From: Candidatus Cloacimonadota bacterium
Lineage (GTDB): Bacteria > Cloacimonadota > Cloacimonadia > G963667145
Reading direction: 5' to 3'
NCBI GenBank assembly: GCA_963676615.1
Contig: OY781092.1
Location: 973,745 to 1,037,744 of the forward strand
DNA: 64,000 nt
The position numbers and the translations under genes were made by a program. Positions 56,272 to 64,000 of this stretch are shown here, piece after piece. The notes beneath the pieces were generated by a model, which did not search any database, had not been told where the DNA came from, and saw only the letters and a list, made by a program, of their open reading frames with translations. Numbering within the stretch: the stretch's first letter is position 1; the number at the start of each line of letters is the position of its first letter.

Positions 56272-57528
56272 CTATTTAATAAATTCAAGAAACGGCGAAA
56301 GAAACAGCAAAATACCAGTAAGAATTACAATAAACGGAACAACTCCACGATATTTCTTAAACCTATCCAACTTATACACAAGCAAAGTTGGGATAAAACA
56401 TCCAATTACAGCAAAAAATGGGCTGCATATACTCGTAAAATAAAGTATAGGGAAATTCGATAAAGCTGGAAGCCAAGCAATAATCACAATAAATATGATA
56501 ATGTAAATTGAGACTTTGCGCATATTGATCATATTTCTAGGGACTTTTCTGAAAAAAGTGTTAATAGTTATACCAGTACAAGCTTCATAAAATCCAAGCA
56601 TAACACCAAAAAAAGAAGTAACAACAGCACACAAATCAAGAGCAACACCCATTGATGGAATCGTTATTCCTGGTATTACTTCTGCCATAAGAGCAAGAAA
56701 TGAGGTATTGTCCTTAAAAGCCAATGCAGCTTCTGAATGGTCTATCGCCAATGTACACGAAAGAGCAAAAAAGAAAACAATGATAGCAAGAATAACAAAC
56801 GCAGTGTTCATTATCTTTAAAGACTTCAACCTAGCCATTTCTCTATCTTCATTCCGATTCTTAACCGAAAGAACCATTGGACTCAAAGACTGAAGAAAAA
56901 GTATGGAAGTCATCGCAAAAGGAAGAGTTATGATTACATTTTTCACTATTTCCCAAAACGACGGAAGCGCCATAATGTTCTTAATGTCCCAATATGGAAT
57001 TATCAAAAAACTCAGCACAATAAGAATTGCTAAAATGATAATGACAAGCACTTTAGAAATGTTTAACAACAATTTTCGACTTTTAAAAGCAAAAAATACA
57101 AGTAGTGAAATCAGCGCCAGAGAATACAAAGGATTATGATTAAGAAATCCCTTGGTCCAGCCAGCAGTATGAATATACGATGCGCTATCGTTTGTGATGG
57201 TCTCACTATAAATGAAAACCCATAGCAAAAGCATTATAAAGTAAATTATTCCCAACACAACACCCCATTTTTTCCCAAGATACTCCCCGATGATTGTTGG
57301 ATAATCGTCGGAAGAATCTGCCTCAGCCACGGTATTGACAAAAAGGCGTTGAAAAAGATACAAACCAGGATACGCAACCAATACTGTAATTAAAAATGTC
57401 CACAATCCGACCAAACCTGCCTGAATAGGCAAAAACACGATACCTGCCCCCACTCCCATTCCAATAGTTACCGCAACATAACCCCAATCCCAAGAGTCTA
57501 GCTTAACGATTTTTTTTTCATTTTTCAT
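56272..57528 (-). CDS. Amino-acid permease of the HAAAP type (aromatic amino acid/serine transporter-like)
   Basis: A 418-aa protein with about 11 TM helices and an N-terminal WDWGYVAVTIGMGVGAGIVFLP motif. The gene is AT-rich. Confidence 0.5.
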   Translation of the reverse strand: MKNEKKIVKLDSWDWGYVAVTIGMGVGAGIVFLPIQAGLVGLWTFLITVLVAYPGLYLFQRLFVNTVAEADSSDDYPTIIGEYLGKKWGVVLGIIYFIMLLLWVFIYSETITNDSASYIHTAGWTKGFLNHNPLYSLALISLLVFFAFKSRKLLLNISKVLVIIILAILIVLSFLIIPYWDIKNIMALPSFWEIVKNVIITLPFAMTSILFLQSLSPMVLSVKNRNEDREMARLKSLKIMNTAFVILAIIVFFFALSCTLAIDHSEAALAFKDNTSFLALMAEVIPGITIPSMGVALDLCAVVTSFFGVMLGFYEACTGITINTFFRKVPRNMINMRKVSIYIIIFIVIIAWLPALSNFPILYFTSICSPFFAVIGCFIPTLLVYKLDRFKKYRGVVPFIVILTGILLFLSPFLEFIK

Positions 57529-57743
57529 AAAAATCCCTTTTTTATTTAATAATTAAAAGCTGATTCAAAAATCAACTTTCCCTTCTCAACAAAATTTCTT
57601 AATTACAGTCGAAAACTGTCAATCTTTTTTTAAATATCTTCTCTTTATAATCTCCAAAATCAAAGAAAATCATAACTTTTCTTGACATTTCGCACAAATC
57701 TCACAGCCTAAAAATAAATTTATTTAATTTGCGGGAGGAACAA

Positions 57744-58682
57744 ATGAAAATCTTGGTCACCAAGAAATTGCCATATATGCCAGATTTTGCGGCGCTGGGC
57801 TATCAAACTTACATAAATCAAGACCAACAGTTGATGAGCTACGACCAAATCAAAAACGAAATCAAAGACGCAAGCGCCCTTGTCAGCGTTCTGGCGGACA
57901 AAATCGACCAAGAAATCATCGACGCAGCGCCAAACCTGAAGGTCATCTGCAACTACGCCGTGGGCTACAACAACATCGACTTCGCCTACGCCAAAAGCAA
58001 AGGAATCGTCGTCTGCAACACGCCCGATGTCCTAACCGACACCACCGCAGAGCTGGCTTGGTCGCTACTGATGTCCGCCGCAAGGCTCATCGTCGCCTCC
58101 GACCGCTTCGTGCAAAAAGGACTCTTCCAACAATGGCAACCCGACTTGATGCTCGGGCAAGACATCGTCGGCAAAACATTGGGCATAATCGGCTCGGGAC
58201 GCATCGGCACAGCTATGGGAAAAATGTCGCAAGGATTTAGAATGCCGCTGCTTTACACGCACAAAAAAAATCCCCAGCTAGATGCCATCGGCGGCAAAAT
58301 GGTCGAAATGAACAAACTGCTAGCAGAATCGGACTTCATCTCGCTTCACTGCCCGCTCACGCCAGCAACCAAACACCTCATTGGCAAAAACGAACTGAAA
58401 ATGATGAAAAAAAACGCAATCCTCATCAACACGGCACGCGGAGCGATTATCAACGAGCAAGATTTGGTGGACGCCCTCTGCTGCGGCGAAATCGCAGGAG
58501 CGGGACTCGATGTTTTCGAGGAGGAACCAAAAATCAACGAGGGACTGCTGAACAACGACAAAGTCGTCCTCACGCCGCACATCGGCTCGGCGACTCTTTC
58601 CACACGCACCAAAATGGCGAAAATGTGCTTCGACGATTGCTTCGCCGTCCTCTCTGGCAAAAAAGCCAAATTCACGGTTTAG
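57744..58682 (+). CDS. D-isomer-specific 2-hydroxyacid dehydrogenase (glycerate dehydrogenase / hydroxypyruvate reductase-like)
   Basis: It has the NAD motif GIIGSGRIG and a catalytic His in TPHIGSAT. The RBS is GGGAGG. Confidence 0.8.
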   Translation: MKILVTKKLPYMPDFAALGYQTYINQDQQLMSYDQIKNEIKDASALVSVLADKIDQEIIDAAPNLKVICNYAVGYNNIDFAYAKSKGIVVCNTPDVLTDTTAELAWSLLMSAARLIVASDRFVQKGLFQQWQPDLMLGQDIVGKTLGIIGSGRIGTAMGKMSQGFRMPLLYTHKKNPQLDAIGGKMVEMNKLLAESDFISLHCPLTPATKHLIGKNELKMMKKNAILINTARGAIINEQDLVDALCCGEIAGAGLDVFEEEPKINEGLLNNDKVVLTPHIGSATLSTRTKMAKMCFDDCFAVLSGKKAKFTV

Positions 58683-58687
58683 CGCAA

Positions 58688-59362
58688 ATGAACATCCTGA
58701 CAATCGACTCGCACTCCACTTCGGGCAGCGTCGCTATCGCCCAGAACGGACAAATCCGCTACCTCGCCTATCAGGACATCAAAGGCACACACAGTGCGCG
58801 CCTAATGAAAATGATCGACCAAGCGCTGCAAGTCTGCGAGCTACAAGTCGAAAACATCGACCAAATCGTCCTCTGCATCGGTCCTGGCTCGTTCACTGGC
58901 ATCCGCATCGGACTTGCCACCGCAAAAGGGCTTGCTTTCGCTCACAAAATCCCCATCGTGCCAGTCTCCTCGCTAGAGTTGCGAGCGCTGCCTTTGCAAA
59001 AATGCGGGGAAAAAATAATCAGCTTTTGTGACGCCAAAACCAAAGAGATTTACGCCGCCATCTACGACGAAAATTTCAAGCAAATTTTGCCCGCTGGCTG
59101 CTACAACGCAGAAAACTTTTTCAAAAACCTTAGCGGAAAATACATCGTCACTGGCGACAACTACCAAATAATCGAAAAACACTCGGCGCATTTGCAACTA
59201 GAAAAAGCCAGCCTTGCGCAAAGCCTGCCGCTCGCCGCTTTCCTCATCGAAAAAAATGACCCGCAGCAAAAATTCGACTTCGATCAGTTGGCAGACCTCG
59301 AGCCGCTATACCTGCGCAAATCGCAAGCAGAAATCGTCTGGGAAAAAAGAAAAGGGAAATAA
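58688..59362 (+). CDS. tsaB: tRNA threonylcarbamoyladenosine biosynthesis protein TsaB (YeaZ)
   Basis: It begins MNILTIDSHSTSGSVAI ... GPGSFTGIRIG. It is the inactive Kae1 paralogue. Confidence 0.75.
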   Translation: MNILTIDSHSTSGSVAIAQNGQIRYLAYQDIKGTHSARLMKMIDQALQVCELQVENIDQIVLCIGPGSFTGIRIGLATAKGLAFAHKIPIVPVSSLELRALPLQKCGEKIISFCDAKTKEIYAAIYDENFKQILPAGCYNAENFFKNLSGKYIVTGDNYQIIEKHSAHLQLEKASLAQSLPLAAFLIEKNDPQQKFDFDQLADLEPLYLRKSQAEIVWEKRKGK

Positions 59363-59390
59363 AAATCCCCATTTTGCAAAAATCATTCCA

Positions 59391-60005
59391 TTAAATATGA
59401 AATTTCTTGATTAAACCATCAAGGGCTTTATTCTGTTTTGTTGTCAATTCCCCTTTTTCAACATAATTTCTTTCCAAAGAAAGAACAAATTTACAATCAA
59501 ACCATTCATTGAATTTTACCCAATTTAAAATTTTATTAATTCTATACGGAACCGAAATATCCTCTCCACAAATAAAAATTAATACTTTTCTATTAATTTT
59601 CACCCTAAATTCAAGCTGTTTTTCAGTTAATTTTCTCTTTTTCAAAGTGTCAGAATAAAAGTTACATTCATACTTTGATAAAAACTTTTTTTCTTTAAGA
59701 TATTCTAGTATACTACTGCCAATACTTTTGTTTATATCTACTTTCACCCTTTCTGTTGCAGCCAAAATTTTAGTTCCAATATCAATATGCAAAAATTTAC
59801 TTACACAACAATTTCCCACCTCAGTTTGTTTATTATTTTTTACATTTTTTAACACACAAATATTTTTTATTGGATAATGTCCACAAAGACACTTTTTAGG
59901 GCTTCCACTCTTGTAAACAAAATCAAATTCCCACTCACTTTTAGCATTGTCCCAAATATTTGCTTCACTAATCTTTAAAATCTCTTCAAATAACTTATAT
60001 TCCAT
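59391..60005 (-). CDS. Hypothetical protein, AT-rich orphan with a CxCGH...GNCC motif
   Basis: A 204-aa ORF with about 30 % GC, unlike its neighbours. No family is recognised. Confidence 0.35.
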   Translation of the reverse strand: MEYKLFEEILKISEANIWDNAKSEWEFDFVYKSGSPKKCLCGHYPIKNICVLKNVKNNKQTEVGNCCVSKFLHIDIGTKILAATERVKVDINKSIGSSILEYLKEKKFLSKYECNFYSDTLKKRKLTEKQLEFRVKINRKVLIFICGEDISVPYRINKILNWVKFNEWFDCKFVLSLERNYVEKGELTTKQNKALDGLIKKFHI

Positions 60006-60028
60006 AAAAACATTTAATATGTCAAAAC

Positions 60029-60277
60029 TCAGGCTTTATACCGATGATACAGCGCCAAATCGACGCTCACCAGACAAAAATTGAACACATAAAGCCAAAC
60101 CACCGCGTCCATATTGTAAAAAAGTTTGTTCAAAATTCCAAACAGATAGCCCAAAAGCAGCAGAAACATAAACAGCGGGCTTTTCCCCGTAACCTGCTTT
60201 GTTCGCAAGGACTTAGCGATGCTCACTGGCCAGCTCGCGCCGAAACACACCAACATCAAAATTTCAAAAAAACTCAA
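60029..60277 (-). CDS. Small two- or three-TM membrane protein (possibly PQ-loop/SemiSWEET-like)
   Basis: An 82-aa protein with a GASWPVSIAKSLRTKQVTGKS motif loosely resembling a PQ-loop. Confidence 0.3.
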   Translation of the reverse strand: MSFFEILMLVCFGASWPVSIAKSLRTKQVTGKSPLFMFLLLLGYLFGILNKLFYNMDAVVWLYVFNFCLVSVDLALYHRYKA

Positions 60278-60297
60278 AGGTACTTCCTTTTTTTAAA

Positions 60298-60741
60298 TCA
60301 TCTCTTCGAGCGAAAATAGTCCCGCAAAATCTGCCCGCACTCTGTGGCTAGCACGCCTTTTCTCACGACTGGATTGTGATTGAGCCGCGCATCTTTCGCA
60401 ATATCGTAGAGCGAGCCCATCGCTCCAGATTTCGGATCGTCCGCGCCAAAAACCACCGTGCCCACTCGCGCCCACTGGATAATCCCTGCGCACATAACGC
60501 ACGGTTCCAGCGTCACATAGAGCGTGTAGTCATAAAAATAAACCTCGCCCCCAGCAATCGCAGACTCGATTACCAGCTTTTCTGCGTGCGCCAAACGATT
60601 GGACTTCTGCCCGTTTCCCGCCTCAGCCACCACTTTGCCGTCTTTCACCAAAACAGCTCCGATAGGAATATTCCCCGCTTTGGCAGCCAGCTCCGCTTGC
60701 GCAAGAGCCCGCCGCATAAATTTCTCGTCAGACTCAGCCAC
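60298..60741 (-). CDS. tadA: tRNA-specific adenosine deaminase
   Basis: It has the CDA zinc motifs HAEKLVI and PCVMCAG. Confidence 0.85.
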   Translation of the reverse strand: MAESDEKFMRRALAQAELAAKAGNIPIGAVLVKDGKVVAEAGNGQKSNRLAHAEKLVIESAIAGGEVYFYDYTLYVTLEPCVMCAGIIQWARVGTVVFGADDPKSGAMGSLYDIAKDARLNHNPVVRKGVLATECGQILRDYFRSKR

Positions 60742-61669
60742 TATTTCAGCTTGCCGCCTTTCAGATATTTAAACAGTTCCGAATCTGTCGATAAAATCAG
60801 CTCCGACTTGCCCGTCAAAGTTTTTTGATAAGCCTCCAGCGACTTCATAAATCTATAAAACTCAGGGTCTTTGTTATACGCCTTGGCATAAATCGAAATC
60901 GCCTGCGCATCCGCCTTACCCTTTATCGACTGCGCTTTTTGATAAGCCGCCGACTGAATATTGTCCAGCTCCCGCATCTTCATTCCCTCAATCTCCGCCT
61001 TTTTGCCCTTGCCCAGCGAGCGATACTTCTCGGCGATCTTTTGCCGCTCGGAAATCATCCGCTCATAAACCTTCTCACGCACATCTTTCACATAGTTAAT
61101 CCGCTTGATTTTCACATCGATGAGCTTGATGCCATACTTCGCCACTTCGCCTTTGGAAAGGTCAAAAATCTCCTTCTCCAAATCAGACCTGCCCACTGCA
61201 ATATCCATCCCATTGTCGTTCTCACGAGAGCGGGAATCTTCCGAATAGACCATCTTCCGATTGCTCGAACGCACCACGCTTATTAGCTTGTTACACGAAA
61301 TGATGTCCCTGGCAGAGCCCGAGATAATGTCGTCCAATCTGCCGTGCGCCAAACTTTCTGTCCGCACCGTCTGAAAAAATTTCAGCGGATTCTCGATCTG
61401 CCAACGAGAAAACATATCCAACCAAATATACCGCTTATCCGCCGTCGGAATTTGCTGCGGATCGCCATCCCATTCCAAAATTCGCTCATCGAAATAGTGC
61501 ACCTTTTGCACAAACGGAATTTTAAACTTCAGCCCAGCGGTTTTAATCGCGCCGCCCACTGGCTCGCCAAACTGCGTGACTATCGCCTGTTGACCCTCGG
61601 GCAAAATATAAAATCCGTTGAACAAAACCACCAGCGCTACAGCCGCAAGAGCCGCTAACTTCCAATGTC

Positions 61670-61673
<4 letters not shown>
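60741..61673 (-). CDS. hflC: Protease modulator HflC (SPFH/band-7)
   Basis: It has an N-terminal TM helix and an SPFH domain. It is paired with hflK. Confidence 0.8.

Positions 61674-64000
<2,327 letters not shown>

Overview
This 64-kb window looks like a diderm (Gram-negative-type) bacterium: it has LptF/LptG-family permeases, an LpxL-like lipid A acyltransferase and EnvC-like and other M23 peptidases. The genomic background is roughly 45-50 % GC and is interrupted by clearly AT-rich, probably horizontally acquired patches.

Background content, in order:
- A two-component system in the same operon as a sigma-70-family factor.
- Translation and housekeeping genes: rpsU, a tRNA-Val, rbfA, rpmA, rplU, ileS, truB, nrnA, tsaC, tsaB, tadA, engB, hflKC and the 3' part of pyrG.
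- parAB next to an M23 peptidase and a bactofilin.
- A translationally coupled his operon segment: hisG, a HisC-HAD fusion, hisB, a DUF89 gene and hisH.
- argH.
- A large [FeFe]-hydrogenase locus on the minus strand: hydA, two NuoF-like and two NuoE-like genes, and a HydS-like sensory hydrogenase with DRTGG, GHKL-ATPase and PHP partner genes.
- An IS256-family element inserted into a LOG-family gene just downstream of hydA.

The most unusual feature is a roughly 5.8-kb very AT-rich island between ileS and an amino-acid permease. It carries a tight three-gene cassette: a HerA/DUF87-type P-loop ATPase, a NurA-like nuclease and an SPPY-motif DNA methyltransferase. This looks like an uncharacterised restriction-modification-like or defence module.

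Other notable points:
- A partial AT-rich type II R-M pair (C5-methyltransferase plus a putative endonuclease) at the window start.
- An in-frame fusion of a leucine-rich-repeat (LRR) membrane protein to RibF.
- An apparent frameshift in the HydB-like NuoF gene.
- Cys-less thioredoxin-like ferredoxin domains in the hydrogenase locus.
- A PnuC-like transporter overlapping a thiamine pyrophosphokinase gene.

Many long ORFs in the track that lie antisense to conserved genes are treated as shadow ORFs.
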